A stretch of DNA of 64,000 bases from Bdellovibrionales bacterium (GCA_041690295.1 JAWLHR010000002.1:160001-224000); one strand, 5' to 3'. Shown: positions 18,021 to 31,196, numbered from the stretch's first letter. The notes: a model not told the origin generated them from the letters alone. Program-made: numbers and translations.

Positions 18021-18174
18021 ATAACAATTCGGGTTCGCTATCGGATTCTTGACGGGTCCCAAGTCTAAATTGGACTAGAGTCAATGAAGATTGGTCCTTC
18101 GATGGAGTGCCCATCGTCGGGAAAAGGATGAAAGTTATAGGGAGTTTCGTCGGGTTTGCGAGGGGAATCTGGCC

Positions 18175-19083
18175 TTAGTGTCTGGCAAAAAATCGGCTGA
18201 TGTGGTGGCTCACCCACTCCGGATCATCCTCCTGAAGATGGTGTCCACCGCTTTCGTGAATGTGTGTCTCCGAGGCCACCAGAGCGGCTTTCAGCTGATC
18301 GATAACTTTCCTTGGAACGAGCCGGTCGTTCTTTCCCCACAAGATCAAAACTTTGAAGCCGATGCTCTTCAGCGCTTCGGGCAAGCGGGAATCGCGAATG
18401 GCTTCCGTGGCGCGGATGAATGACTTGACCGCTTCCGGGTCTTGATAAGTCCTGTAACTTTCTTCGACTCGCTCTTCCGACACGACTTCCTTATGGCTGA
18501 CGGTCCGGCGGTGGGCCCAGGAGATCGCGCGCCGGGAGAGGAGCAGAGAAAACGGCCGGGCAAGAAAAGCCAGGTTGGCCACATTGACCGGGACCAGCGT
18601 CGGACTCGTCGCGGGAGCGATCGCGCACACTCCAAGAATCCGCTCGGGCGAACATCGAGCCAGCCATAGGGCGATATTGCCGCCCATCGAATTCCCGACC
18701 AAATAAGTTTTATCAATTTTCATCCGGTCCATGAACTGAACCAGCCGTTCGCATTGCTCATCCAGTCCGTAACGTTCGGAGTTGAGTTTCGAGCTGCCGC
18801 CGAATCCGGGCAAGTCCAAGGCCCAAACGCGGAAGTAAATGGAAAGATGTGGGATGAGGGATCGCCAACAATAAAGGTCGGCGCCGATGCCATGGATGAG
18901 CACCAGGTCGGGGCCCCGCCCTGAAACATGGTAGCGATAGGTCCAGTCGCCTATGTTTACCGTCTCGGTCCACAGGCCCAGTGAAGCCACAGCCTTCCGT
19001 CCACGGCGGAACCAGAAGAACAGAAAAAGTCCCAGGGCAAGGGCTGCGGCCACCACCCAGAAGGCAATGAGAATCGGGGTCAT
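18175..19083 (-). CDS. Membrane-anchored alpha/beta hydrolase
   Basis: N-terminal TM; LIHG, DLPGFGGS, GNSMGG nucleophile elbow, D and H triad positions. Confidence 0.9.
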   Translation of the reverse strand: MTPILIAFWVVAAALALGLFLFFWFRRGRKAVASLGLWTETVNIGDWTYRYHVSGRGPDLVLIHGIGADLYCWRSLIPHLSIYFRVWALDLPGFGGSSKLNSERYGLDEQCERLVQFMDRMKIDKTYLVGNSMGGNIALWLARCSPERILGVCAIAPATSPTLVPVNVANLAFLARPFSLLLSRRAISWAHRRTVSHKEVVSEERVEESYRTYQDPEAVKSFIRATEAIRDSRLPEALKSIGFKVLILWGKNDRLVPRKVIDQLKAALVASETHIHESGGHHLQEDDPEWVSHHISRFFARH

Positions 19084-19095
19084 CGGGATTTGATT

Positions 19096-19332
19096 CTAAT
19101 CGATTTCACAGAAGCGGCAAAAGGCGACTTTCCCATAAAGCCGGTAATTTCGATCCTGAGCCTCTTTCACATGTTTGGAAGCGTCATATCCAATCGTGCA
19201 AGTGCCGTTTTTCGGCGCGAAATGGGAGCACTGCTCGCAATAATAAATCACATTGAGTTCGCGATAGTCCCTGGGATGAATCGGATCGAGAATCAAACTG
19301 CGTCGAATTAAGGGTTTAGTGGGTGCCGGCAT
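19096..19332 (-). CDS. Small Cys-rich, putative metal-binding protein
   Basis: CEQCSHF...C...FCRFCEID; fills the gap in line with the hydrolase gene. Confidence 0.6.
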   Translation of the reverse strand: MPAPTKPLIRRSLILDPIHPRDYRELNVIYYCEQCSHFAPKNGTCTIGYDASKHVKEAQDRNYRLYGKVAFCRFCEID

Positions 19333-19390
19333 TGACTTTCCTCAATTGAGCTTCACATTTAGAACAAGATCAAATGAGGTCAAGGCAAAG

Positions 19391-21967
<2,577 letters not shown>

Positions 21968-22003
21968 TTCGCGCGCAAGTCCTATAAATACGCGAACTAT
22001 TAC

Positions 22004-22032
22004 TTGACGCGTTAATGGGATCCCTATAGCTT
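22004..22032 (+). promoter_or_regulatory. Candidate sigma70 promoter of the rib operon
   Basis: TTGACG-N17-TAGCTT shortly upstream of ribE. Confidence 0.4.
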
Positions 22033-22058
22033 GCCACCATCTCAGGCGGTAGGGCGCA

Positions 22059-22655
22059 ATGTTTTCAGGAATTATTGAAACCGTCAGTTCCATCATTGGC
22101 CAGAGCGAGGGCCCGGGCACACTCACAATTTCAGTTCGTAAACCAAGTGAATTCAATGACTTATCTGTGGGCGACAGCATCGCCGTGGACGGGGTTTGTC
22201 TGACTTTGGAGGCTTTTGACGACGAACGGATGGTTTTCACCTGTGGGCCGGAAACTTTACGAATAACCGGTTGGACCCCGCAAAACGTCCTTCATAGGGC
22301 AGTTAATCTGGAACGTTCCCTGCGCTTCAACGGGCGGATTCATGGGCATATCGTCACCGGACATGCCGATGCCCGGTCACGTGTGCTGGCGGTTGAAAGA
22401 CAGGGTGAAACCATCACCTTGACGATTGAAATCCCGGAAAAGCTCGCCCCGTTTATTTGGGCCAAGGGCAGTGTGGCGCTCAACGGTGTCAGTCTCACGG
22501 TCAACCGTTGTGAAGCGCGTGAGTTCACCGTCGGGTTGATTCCCGAAACCACCAAACGCACCAATCTCGGTGAGTTGAAGGCGGGAGATCCGGTGAATCT
22601 TGAAGTGGATAACATGGCCAGGGCGTTTGTTCGCCAGAGGGAATTGGAAGCATGA
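22059..22655 (+). CDS. ribE: Riboflavin synthase
   Basis: MFSGIIE start, GDSIAVDGVCLT, VNLER, GHIVTGH. Confidence 0.95.
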   Translation: MFSGIIETVSSIIGQSEGPGTLTISVRKPSEFNDLSVGDSIAVDGVCLTLEAFDDERMVFTCGPETLRITGWTPQNVLHRAVNLERSLRFNGRIHGHIVTGHADARSRVLAVERQGETITLTIEIPEKLAPFIWAKGSVALNGVSLTVNRCEAREFTVGLIPETTKRTNLGELKAGDPVNLEVDNMARAFVRQRELEA

Positions 22656-23818
22656 GTCTCAACTCGATTCCAGAACTGATCGAAGACATTAAATCCGGAC
22701 GTCCGGTGATTTTGGTGGATGACGAAGATCGCGAGAACGAAGGCGATCTGGTCGTCGCCGCCGACTACATCACGCCGCAAATGGTGAACTTCATGGCCAC
22801 GGAAGCGCGCGGCCTGATTTGTTTGTCACTCACCTCGGCGCAGATCGAGCGGCTCGGCCTTCCGATGATGACCAAAGAGGAAGGCAACCGTTCGCCCCAT
22901 CGCACGGCCTTCACCGTGAGCATCGAAGCGGCGAAAGGAGTTTCCACCGGAATTTCCGCCGCGGACCGCGCTTTGACCATCAAAGTGGCCGCGAATCCTT
23001 CGGCCACGCCTGAGGACATCATCGTCCCGGGTCACGTTTTTCCCATTCGCGCGCAAGAGGGCGGTGTGTTGAAGCGCGCCGGCCACACCGAAGCCAGCGT
23101 TGATCTGGCCCGCATGGCGGGTTTGAATCCGGCGGCGGTGATTTGCGAAATCATGAACCCCGACGGCACCATGGCGCGCATGGGTCAGCTGGTTGAATTC
23201 GCCCAAAGACACAATATCAAAATCGGCACCATTGAATCTCTAATCCGATACCGGATTCAAAACGAATCTTTCTTGATCGAACGGGCGCAAGCGAGACTGC
23301 CTTGCCGCTACGGCAAGGACTTCCATATTCATGTTTTTGAAAACACATTGGATGGACGGGAACACGTGGCCGTGGTCAAAGGCGATATCAGCGGGGATGA
23401 GCCGATTCTGGTCCGTGTGCATTCCGAATGTCTGATGGGCGACGTTTTCGGAAGCCTGCGAACGCGCACCGGAGATTACCTGGACGCTTCATTCAAAAAA
23501 ATCAACGAGGCCGGTCGCGGCGTCGTGGTTTACCTGAGGCTCGAAGACATGGGCCAGCGTTTGCGCCAGCGGGTTCAGCGCTACCACCAGATCGACCAGG
23601 GCGAAACACTCAATGAAGAAAGCAAAAAAGTTTTCCACTCCGATGATCGCGATTACGGCGTCGGTGCTCAGATCTTGCGGGCTCTCGGGGTGAGGAAATT
23701 GCGTCTGATCACGAACAGTCATGCCAAACGCGTGGGTCTTCGCGGTTACGGACTCGAAATCGTCGAGGAAGTCGCGCTACCCATCGAAACGGAACCGCTA
23801 CTGGGATTGGGGGATTGA
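22652..23818 (+). CDS. ribB: DHBP synthase fused to a degenerate GTP cyclohydrolase II domain (RibBA/RibBX type)
   Basis: DDEDRENEGD, RAGHTEA intact; RVHSEC present but the CxC zinc ligands are replaced. Confidence 0.9.
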   Translation: MSLNSIPELIEDIKSGRPVILVDDEDRENEGDLVVAADYITPQMVNFMATEARGLICLSLTSAQIERLGLPMMTKEEGNRSPHRTAFTVSIEAAKGVSTGISAADRALTIKVAANPSATPEDIIVPGHVFPIRAQEGGVLKRAGHTEASVDLARMAGLNPAAVICEIMNPDGTMARMGQLVEFAQRHNIKIGTIESLIRYRIQNESFLIERAQARLPCRYGKDFHIHVFENTLDGREHVAVVKGDISGDEPILVRVHSECLMGDVFGSLRTRTGDYLDASFKKINEAGRGVVVYLRLEDMGQRLRQRVQRYHQIDQGETLNEESKKVFHSDDRDYGVGAQILRALGVRKLRLITNSHAKRVGLRGYGLEIVEEVALPIETEPLLGLGD

Positions 23819-23821
23819 ACC

Positions 23822-24283
23822 GTGTTACCGCTGCAAGGTTCTTTGCAAATTCAGTCTCGCTGGAAAATCGCTCTTGTGACATCGAGATTCAATCAGGAGA
23901 TCACCGAGCTTCTTGAAAAAGGCGCCTATGAAAGATTGTTGGAGCTTGGGGTAAGTCCCGAACGAATCATTCGTGTTCGCGTGCCCGGCGCGGTTGAGAT
24001 TCCCCTTGCCGCTTTGCAACTTTTGGATTCCGATTGTGACGCGGTGATCGCATTGGGCGCGGTGATTCGCGGCGAAACCAGCCATTATGATTATGTGTGC
24101 AACTCGGTTGAACGCGGTTGCTCACAAGTTATGCTGCAAACTAAAAAACCAGTGGTCTTTGGCGTCTTAACCACCGACAATGAAGAACAGGCTCTGGCGC
24201 GCGTCGGAGGCGCGCACGGACACAAAGGTCGTGAGGCGGCCGAGGTGGCGGTGGAAATGTTAAACCTGGCGGATCTGATCTAA
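23822..24283 (+). CDS. ribH: Lumazine synthase
   Basis: SRFN, VPGAVEIP, LGAVIRGETSHYDYV, FGVLT. Confidence 0.95.
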   Translation: MLPLQGSLQIQSRWKIALVTSRFNQEITELLEKGAYERLLELGVSPERIIRVRVPGAVEIPLAALQLLDSDCDAVIALGAVIRGETSHYDYVCNSVERGCSQVMLQTKKPVVFGVLTTDNEEQALARVGGAHGHKGREAAEVAVEMLNLADLI

Positions 24284-26542
24284 ATGGACAACAAGCGGGA
24301 CGAGATCGTCAATGAACCGCTCAAGCGGCGGCGTGAGCTGGCCACGGTTTTTTTCTTGGCCGTTCTTTTTCTCGTTCTGACGGCGATTGAATACAAGCTG
24401 TTCGGCATGAGCCAGCAGCTGCCGTTCGCCCACTCGATCTTCTTTCTCGGACTGGTCAACTTCAACATCATTCTCTTTCTGCTTCTCTTCTTCCTGATCT
24501 TCAGGAACGTGGTCAAAATCTTCTCCGAGCGCCAGACCGGTCTCGCGGGAAAAACGTTGAAAGCCAAACTGATCGTCGCGTTCGTGGCCTTCAGTTTCAT
24601 TCCCACGACACTCATGTCGTTGGTTTCGGTTTTTTACATCAACAACAGCTTCGATAAATGGTTCTCGGAAAAGATGGCGGGCGTTTTAAAAAGTTCGCTT
24701 GAAGTCACGAACGCCTATTACCTGACGGCGAAGCGTAAGAACTATCATTTCGCTGAACGGGTGGCCAAAGAGCTTCGTGAGACGCCGAAACCCGACTGGG
24801 AGAAAAAGCTGGTTGAGCTCCGCTCCCGCTACAGCCTAGACGCGGTCGAATATTACCCGTCACTTTTCGGCAAACGGGTGGTGAGTGTCAGCTCCGATGA
24901 GGCCTTGCCCGAAGTTCCTCCGCTTTCACTGGAACTTCTTGAACGGGGGATCGAGGACCGCAATGAAGCTTCCACCATCCACCAGTTTGAAAATGGTAAT
25001 CTGGTTCGCGTGATCTTTCCGGTCGGGCGCACGAAGAATTCCGGTGCGGTGGTGGTTTCCACGTTTATTCCACTTTCGTTGATCGCCAAAATGGACGACA
25101 TCGCGTCAGCCTATGAGGACTTTCGCGATGTGAACCCGCTCGAATATCCAATCAAGTCCATTTACCTGATCATTCTGCTCTTAATGACACTGACCATTCT
25201 TCTCGGCGCCACCTGGTTCGGGTTTTACTTGGCCCGCCAGCTTTCCATTCCGCTTGAAGAATTGGGTCAGGCGGCGCAACGGGTGGCGAACCATGATTAT
25301 AGCCCGGTGCTCGCCACTAGCGGTTCCGTCGAGATCAATGAACTGGTCCGACACTTCAATCAGATGACGCAGAATCTCGCCAGCTCCGAGCGCGAAGTGA
25401 GTGAAGCCAACCGTTCTCTCCGTGAAACATTAAGCCGACTGGACGAACATTCGCGCTACATGGAAGTGGTGCTCTCAACGGTCAGTACGGGCGTGATCAC
25501 GCTGGATCCCGAGGGCCGGGTCACCATGATCAACCGGCACGCCTGCAAGCTTCTTGAACTTAAACCCGATCGGGTTTTGAACCAGAAGCTTTCCAAAGTT
25601 TTGCAAAAGGAATTTTACAACGTGGTTGAAAACATGATCGAGCAGATGCGGGAATTGCGCGCCGAGAGCATCCAGCGCGAGGTGCGGGTGCAAATTCGTA
25701 ATCGCTCCATTCCCTTGCAGACCACATTGTCGTTTTTGACCGATGAGCGACAGACCGTGATCGGTAAAGTTTTGGTTTTCGACGACTTAACGGCGGTGCT
25801 CGGGGCGCAACGGGCGGCCGCATGGACCGAAGTGGCCCGCCGGATCGCCCATGAAATTAAAAATCCGCTCACACCGATTAAGCTGTCCGCCGAGCGCCTG
25901 GAGAAAAAGTTCGGCGGTCAAATTCAAGACTCCGCTTTTCACGAATCCATCCGTCGCATCATCGACCAGGTGGAAAGCCTTAAGAATCTGGTGAATGAAT
26001 TCAATCAATTCGCCCGGTTACCGAAATCGAATCCGGTGCCCGGCGATCTGAATAAGGTCATCAGTGAATCCTTGGGGTTGTTTGAACGTGAGGATGACGA
26101 CGCCCTTCGGGTCGAATTCACTCCGGATATGGAGCTTCCGGCGTTTGTCTTCGATCCGGATCAAATCCGCCGGATTATCAACAATCTCGTCGACAACGCG
26201 GTGGCGGCCGTGAACGGCAAGCCCGACGGGCGTATTGTGATCCGCACCTCGTATGATAATGTACTGAGAATCGCTCGCATCGAGGTTGAGGATAACGGCC
26301 CGGGCATCCCGGTCCATATGCGTGAGCGGATATTCGAACCCTATATGACGACGAAAGAGCACGGAACCGGACTGGGGCTCGCCATCGTGAAACGTATGGT
26401 CGAAGATCATCATGGATTCATTCGCGCGTTTTCCGATGGACAAAGCGAGACCAAAATCGTTATCGAACTTCCCGTGGTGGAGAGTACGGAGCGCCCGAAC
26501 ATCGTTCGCCAGGGCGGGCGGATAGGAGAAACTCAGGTATGA
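24284..26542 (+). CDS. ntrY: NtrY-like sensor histidine kinase (TM-HAMP-PAS-HisKA-HATPase)
   Basis: AAWTEVARRIAHEIKNPLTPIKLSAERL H-box, DNGPG, GTGLGL. Confidence 0.88.
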   Translation: MDNKRDEIVNEPLKRRRELATVFFLAVLFLVLTAIEYKLFGMSQQLPFAHSIFFLGLVNFNIILFLLLFFLIFRNVVKIFSERQTGLAGKTLKAKLIVAFVAFSFIPTTLMSLVSVFYINNSFDKWFSEKMAGVLKSSLEVTNAYYLTAKRKNYHFAERVAKELRETPKPDWEKKLVELRSRYSLDAVEYYPSLFGKRVVSVSSDEALPEVPPLSLELLERGIEDRNEASTIHQFENGNLVRVIFPVGRTKNSGAVVVSTFIPLSLIAKMDDIASAYEDFRDVNPLEYPIKSIYLIILLLMTLTILLGATWFGFYLARQLSIPLEELGQAAQRVANHDYSPVLATSGSVEINELVRHFNQMTQNLASSEREVSEANRSLRETLSRLDEHSRYMEVVLSTVSTGVITLDPEGRVTMINRHACKLLELKPDRVLNQKLSKVLQKEFYNVVENMIEQMRELRAESIQREVRVQIRNRSIPLQTTLSFLTDERQTVIGKVLVFDDLTAVLGAQRAAAWTEVARRIAHEIKNPLTPIKLSAERLEKKFGGQIQDSAFHESIRRIIDQVESLKNLVNEFNQFARLPKSNPVPGDLNKVISESLGLFEREDDDALRVEFTPDMELPAFVFDPDQIRRIINNLVDNAVAAVNGKPDGRIVIRTSYDNVLRIARIEVEDNGPGIPVHMRERIFEPYMTTKEHGTGLGLAIVKRMVEDHHGFIRAFSDGQSETKIVIELPVVESTERPNIVRQGGRIGETQV

Positions 26543-27891
26543 AAACCAAAATTCTCGTGATTGATGACGAAAAGCCGATCGTTGAGGTTTTATCCGCGGC
26601 TCTGATCGACGAGGGCCACATCGTTGATGTCGCCTACAGTGGCCGGCAGGGATTGGAAAAAATCCGTGAGTTCGCACCGGACATCATTCTTCAGGACATC
26701 TGGATGCCGGGCGATATGGATGGCCTGCAGGTCCTCGAAGAGGCCAAGAAAGGCGGGTATCCGGATGGGCAATTCATCATCATGTCCGGTCACGGAACGA
26801 TTGAAACGGCGGTTCGCGCGGTTAAAAACGGCGCGTGGGATTTTGTGGAAAAGCCGCTGTCCATGGACAAGATCAATATTCTCATCGCCAACATTTTGAA
26901 TTTCAAAAAAGAACAAAGCGAAAAGAACGCCTTGCTCAACCGCTTGCGTAAGAACATCGCGCTCATCGGCGAAAGTCCGGTCATGGTGAATCTGAAGCAG
27001 ATGATCGCGCGCGTGGCGGGGTCCAACGCGTGGATTTTGATTTCGGGAGAAAACGGCACGGGCAAGGAGCTGGTGGCGCAAAACATCCATTATCTCAGTC
27101 ACCGTGCCGGCCGTCCCCTGGTCGAAGTCAATTGCGCGGCCATCCCCAAGGACCTCATCGAGGCGGAACTTTTCGGCTATGAGAAGGGCGCGTTCACCGG
27201 GGCCGAACGGGCGAAAAAAGGGAAATTCGAGATGGCCAGCGGTGGAACTCTTTTTCTCGATGAAATTGGCGATATGAGCCTTGATGCTCAAGCGAAAATC
27301 CTGCGAATTCTGCAAGAGGGTCAGTTTTACCGGTTGGGTGGTGAGGACCCGATTGAATGTGATGTGCGCGTGATCGCCGCCACCAATAAGAATCTCGAGG
27401 AGGAAATCAAACAGGGTCGCTTCCGCGAGGACCTTTATTACCGTTTGAACGTCGTGCCTCTGACGGTCGCGCCTCTCAGACAGCGCAAGGAAGATATTCC
27501 GCTTCTGGCGGAGTATTTCGGCGACCAATTCCTGCGCAATAACGGTTACAAGAGAAAAGTTTTTTCCGAGGACGCCATCGCGCGAATGCAGAATCACAGC
27601 TGGCCCGGAAACGTGCGTGAGTTGCGCAACTTTATCGAGCGGGTCTACATCCTCACGCCGGGGGATTACGTGGATGTGCACGACTTGAAATTCGCCGGTC
27701 TCACCGAACCCGCCGAGTCCGGCACCGAAGGCGTTATGACCTTCCGAGAAGCCCGGGCGCGGTTTGAGCGGGAGTTTTTGATTCAGAAAATCGAAGAAAA
27801 TCAGGGTAACATCTCAAAAACGGCGGAGAACATCGGACTGGAGCGCAGTTATCTGCACCGGAAAATCAAATCTTACGGCATCGAGGTTTAA
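26539..27891 (+). CDS. ntrX: NtrX-like response regulator (REC-AAA-HTH)
   Basis: DIWMP receiver, [37 protein letters not shown]. Confidence 0.88.
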   Translation: MKTKILVIDDEKPIVEVLSAALIDEGHIVDVAYSGRQGLEKIREFAPDIILQDIWMPGDMDGLQVLEEAKKGGYPDGQFIIMSGHGTIETAVRAVKNGAWDFVEKPLSMDKINILIANILNFKKEQSEKNALLNRLRKNIALIGESPVMVNLKQMIARVAGSNAWILISGENGTGKELVAQNIHYLSHRAGRPLVEVNCAAIPKDLIEAELFGYEKGAFTGAERAKKGKFEMASGGTLFLDEIGDMSLDAQAKILRILQEGQFYRLGGEDPIECDVRVIAATNKNLEEEIKQGRFREDLYYRLNVVPLTVAPLRQRKEDIPLLAEYFGDQFLRNNGYKRKVFSEDAIARMQNHSWPGNVRELRNFIERVYILTPGDYVDVHDLKFAGLTEPAESGTEGVMTFREARARFEREFLIQKIEENQGNISKTAENIGLERSYLHRKIKSYGIEV

Positions 27892-27900
27892 GGACATCTC

Positions 27901-29628
27901 ATGAAATGGTCTTCAGGTTATTTGTTCACACTCAAGGAAGCGCCCGCGGACGCGGAAATTCCCAGTCACATTTTGCTTGTTCGAGGCGGTTACGTCCGTA
28001 AGTTGGCGCCCGGTATTTTCACCTACGGTCCGCTGCTTTTGCGCAGCATTCGAAAGTTTGAGAATATCGTCCGCGAGGAGCTGAATAAGCGCGGCTGCAT
28101 TGAATTGCTGATGCCCATTGTTCATCCCCGAGAGCTTTGGGAAGAGACGAACCGATGGGCGGAAATGGGCGAAGGCCTGCAGAAGTTCAAAAACCGGAAT
28201 GGCCATGAATTCTGTCTGGGAGCGACCCATGAAGAGGTCATCACGGATTTCGTCCGGCGTGACGTCAAAAGTTACCGGGACCTTCCGGTGAATCTTTACC
28301 AGATTCAAACTAAGTATCGTGACGAGATTCGCCCCCGATTCGGTCTCTTACGCGGGCGTGAGTTCATCATGAAGGACGCTTACAGCTTCGATATTGATCA
28401 AGCCGGGGCCGAGCGCTCTTACCAACTGATGTTTGAAGCTTACACCGCCATCTTTAAACGCTTGGGCGCGCGTTTTCGCGTGGTCCAGGCCGATAGCGGA
28501 AATATCGGCGGCAATAAATCCCAAGAGTTTCACATTCTGGCGGATAGCGGTGAGGACCAGTTGCTGGTTTCCGAGGACAGCGACTTCGCCGCCAATATCG
28601 AGGTGGCCCCCGCGATCGACGCTGAACCCGAGGTGAGTCAAGCGGAAATGGCGCCTCTCGAGGAGTTCGCGACTCCGGGGTTGAAAACGATCGACGATTT
28701 ATCCAAAGCGTTAAAGATTCCCGCCCGGCAATTGGTGAAGACCATGTTCTTTTCCGCCAGTGATGATCCGGCTAAAAATCTGAATCCCGTGGCGGTTCTC
28801 CTCAGGGGCAGCGATGAAGTGAACCCCATCAAGCTCAAAAATCACTTCGGTCTGGCCAATCCGCCCCAGCTTTTGAATGATACGGAAGTGCGCGAGATCA
28901 CCGGCGCCTCGCCCGGCAGCTGCGGACCGGTGGGTCTTCGCATTCCTATATTGATGGATAAAGGCGTTGAAGGCCTTCGTAATTTTATTGTTGGGGCGAA
29001 CAAAGACGATTTCCACCTGAAAAACGTCAACCACGGGAGGGATTTCAAAGTCACCACGGTCGGAGATTTTCGCATGGCCCGCGAGGGGGACCTGAGCCCC
29101 GACTGCAAAGGAAAGCTGAAATCCTACAGGGGCATTGAAGTCGGTCACATTTTCTATTTGGGAACCAAGTACTCCCAGAAAATGGAAGCCAACTACCTCA
29201 GTCAGGAAGCCGTATTGAAGCCCATTGAAATGGGTTGTTATGGAATTGGTATCACCCGCACGGTGCAGGCCGTGATTGAACAAAACCACGACAAAGATGG
29301 AATCATTTGGCCGGTGTCGATCGCGCCTTACACCGTTCACATCGCCTTGCTGGATCCGGACAACGCGGAAGCGCGGGCTTTGGCCGATCAATATTACGAT
29401 CAGCTGAATGCCAAGGGCATTGATGTGTTGATGGATGATCGCGCTGAACGGCCTGGCGTGAAATTCAAGGATGCCGATCTGCTGGGAATGCCCTTACGCC
29501 TCAACATCGGCGCGCGCGGTTTGGCCGCCGGTGAAATTGAAATGATCGAAAGAAAAACCAAAACGGTCACAAAAATTCCGCCCAATGCGGTGGTCGAAAA
29601 AATCCAAGCCTGGCTGAGGGAACAATGA
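27901..29628 (+). CDS. proS: Proline--tRNA ligase
   Basis: THEE, RDEIRPRFGLLRGREF, INS editing domain, GIEVGHIF, MGCYGIG. Confidence 0.97.
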   Translation: MKWSSGYLFTLKEAPADAEIPSHILLVRGGYVRKLAPGIFTYGPLLLRSIRKFENIVREELNKRGCIELLMPIVHPRELWEETNRWAEMGEGLQKFKNRNGHEFCLGATHEEVITDFVRRDVKSYRDLPVNLYQIQTKYRDEIRPRFGLLRGREFIMKDAYSFDIDQAGAERSYQLMFEAYTAIFKRLGARFRVVQADSGNIGGNKSQEFHILADSGEDQLLVSEDSDFAANIEVAPAIDAEPEVSQAEMAPLEEFATPGLKTIDDLSKALKIPARQLVKTMFFSASDDPAKNLNPVAVLLRGSDEVNPIKLKNHFGLANPPQLLNDTEVREITGASPGSCGPVGLRIPILMDKGVEGLRNFIVGANKDDFHLKNVNHGRDFKVTTVGDFRMAREGDLSPDCKGKLKSYRGIEVGHIFYLGTKYSQKMEANYLSQEAVLKPIEMGCYGIGITRTVQAVIEQNHDKDGIIWPVSIAPYTVHIALLDPDNAEARALADQYYDQLNAKGIDVLMDDRAERPGVKFKDADLLGMPLRLNIGARGLAAGEIEMIERKTKTVTKIPPNAVVEKIQAWLREQ

Positions 29629-30338
29629 ACTCACGCGCCCAGCTGTCCAATCCGCTGTTCGTGGCTCTCGATGTTGATGACGCCGAAGCCGCGCTCCATC
29701 TGGCGACTCAATGCCGGGCCTTCGTGGGTGGTTTTAAGGTCGGCCCCCGTCTGGCCATCCGCTACGGGGAAAGCCTGCTTAAAGAGGTCGCCCGCCACGG
29801 CAGTTTGTTCGTCGATAATAAATACTTCGATATTCCCTCCACCATGGAATCCGCTGTCCGCGCTTCGTTTGAAATGGGCGCGAGTTTTTGTACGGTGCAT
29901 GCCCATGCCGGCCGCGAGGCTTTATCGTTACTGGCCAAGGTGGAAGAAGAGCTTTGCCAAAAGCGGCCGTTTCGAATTCTCGCGGTCACCGTGTTGACCA
30001 GTTTCAAGCAGGAGACCTTGCCGCCGATGCTTCGCCAGCAACCCATTGCCGAACAAGTGCGGACCTTGGCGAAACTGGCCATCGAAAGCGGAATTTCTGG
30101 ATTGGTTTGCTCACCCGAGGAAGTCGAGATGCTGCGCCAGCTTTTTCCCGACGCTTATCTGGTCACGCCGGGTGTGCGCTTAAGCCATGAAGATCGTGGC
30201 GATCAAATCCGGGTTTCCGATCCTCTGACGGCGCTCCGCCGAGGGGCATCCGCCCTGGTGGTCGGGCGTCCCATTTACGATTCCCTTGAACCGGCTTTAG
30301 CCGCCAAAACCTATTATGAAGAAATTCAAAAGCGCTAG
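29625..30338 (+). CDS. pyrF: Orotidine-5'-phosphate decarboxylase
   Basis: VALD, KVG, DNKYFDIPST, VTVLTS, VTPGVR, VVGRPI. Confidence 0.93.
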   Translation: MNSRAQLSNPLFVALDVDDAEAALHLATQCRAFVGGFKVGPRLAIRYGESLLKEVARHGSLFVDNKYFDIPSTMESAVRASFEMGASFCTVHAHAGREALSLLAKVEEELCQKRPFRILAVTVLTSFKQETLPPMLRQQPIAEQVRTLAKLAIESGISGLVCSPEEVEMLRQLFPDAYLVTPGVRLSHEDRGDQIRVSDPLTALRRGASALVVGRPIYDSLEPALAAKTYYEEIQKR

Positions 30339-31107
30339 ACGGGGACCTCAGGATCGGCCGTCACGTGGGCCGCAGGTGCCGCGCGGCCGGTGTGTCGTGG
30401 GAATTCACGCCGTGAACGAAGCTTTGAAGGTTCGCCCGCGCGCCATCGAGGCTGTATGGCTGCGTGAACGTCACACCGATCATCCCGAGCTCAAGCGTCT
30501 TGGTGAGCTGGCTCAGAGGCTCAATGTTAAGGTGGAGATCAAACCGCCCGGCGTTCTGGATAAAATCATCGGTTCAAATCAAGGCATCGTGGCGTTCGTC
30601 TCCGAGAGGCCCGAAATCGATTGGCCGGCCATCGAAAAAGCCGAGCGCGCCGTGCTTTTGGCTTTGGATGAAGTCGAAGATCCGCACAACCTGGGAGCCG
30701 TGCTCAGGACCGCCTGGCTGCTCAATGCCCAAGGCGTTCTGGTGCCGGAGCATCGAAGCGCCGACCTGTCCCCGGCGGCATCGAAGGTGGCGCAAGGGGC
30801 CACCGAGCACGTGCCGGTGGAAAAAGATCACGCCCTCCCGCAGCGCCTCGAACGGCTCAAAGAGCATGGATTTTGGATCCTCGGACTCGCTCACAACAGT
30901 CGGCAAAATTTATTTACTCTGGACATTCCCCCAAAGGTGGTTTGGGTGTTGGGCTCGGAATCGGGCGGTTTGCGCAAATCTGTGGCCGCGGTCTGTGATG
31001 ACCTGATCGCGATCCCCCAATCCAACCCGGACGCCAGCTATAACGTCTCCGTCGCCGCCGCCATCGCCCTGTCCGAAACCTTCCGCCAGGCCCAGGCGAA
31101 GACCTGA
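30316..31107 (+). CDS. rlmB: TrmH/SpoU-family RNA 2'-O-methyltransferase (RlmB-like)
   Basis: DPHNLGAVLRTA, LGSE, SYNVSVAA SPOUT motifs. Confidence 0.8.
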   Translation: MKKFKSARRGPQDRPSRGPQVPRGRCVVGIHAVNEALKVRPRAIEAVWLRERHTDHPELKRLGELAQRLNVKVEIKPPGVLDKIIGSNQGIVAFVSERPEIDWPAIEKAERAVLLALDEVEDPHNLGAVLRTAWLLNAQGVLVPEHRSADLSPAASKVAQGATEHVPVEKDHALPQRLERLKEHGFWILGLAHNSRQNLFTLDIPPKVVWVLGSESGGLRKSVAAVCDDLIAIPQSNPDASYNVSVAAAIALSETFRQAQAKT

Positions 31108-31196
31108 GTCATCGGTTCGAATTCGGTCGCCGACGCCAAAGTTCCCTCAAGTAATGCGTTTTAATCCCTCAGTTCGAATATATGCGAGTTGAGTGA

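Noticed and set aside
21968..22058. FMN riboswitch upstream of the rib genes
   Set aside because: The spacer is only about 90 nt and lacks the RFN consensus
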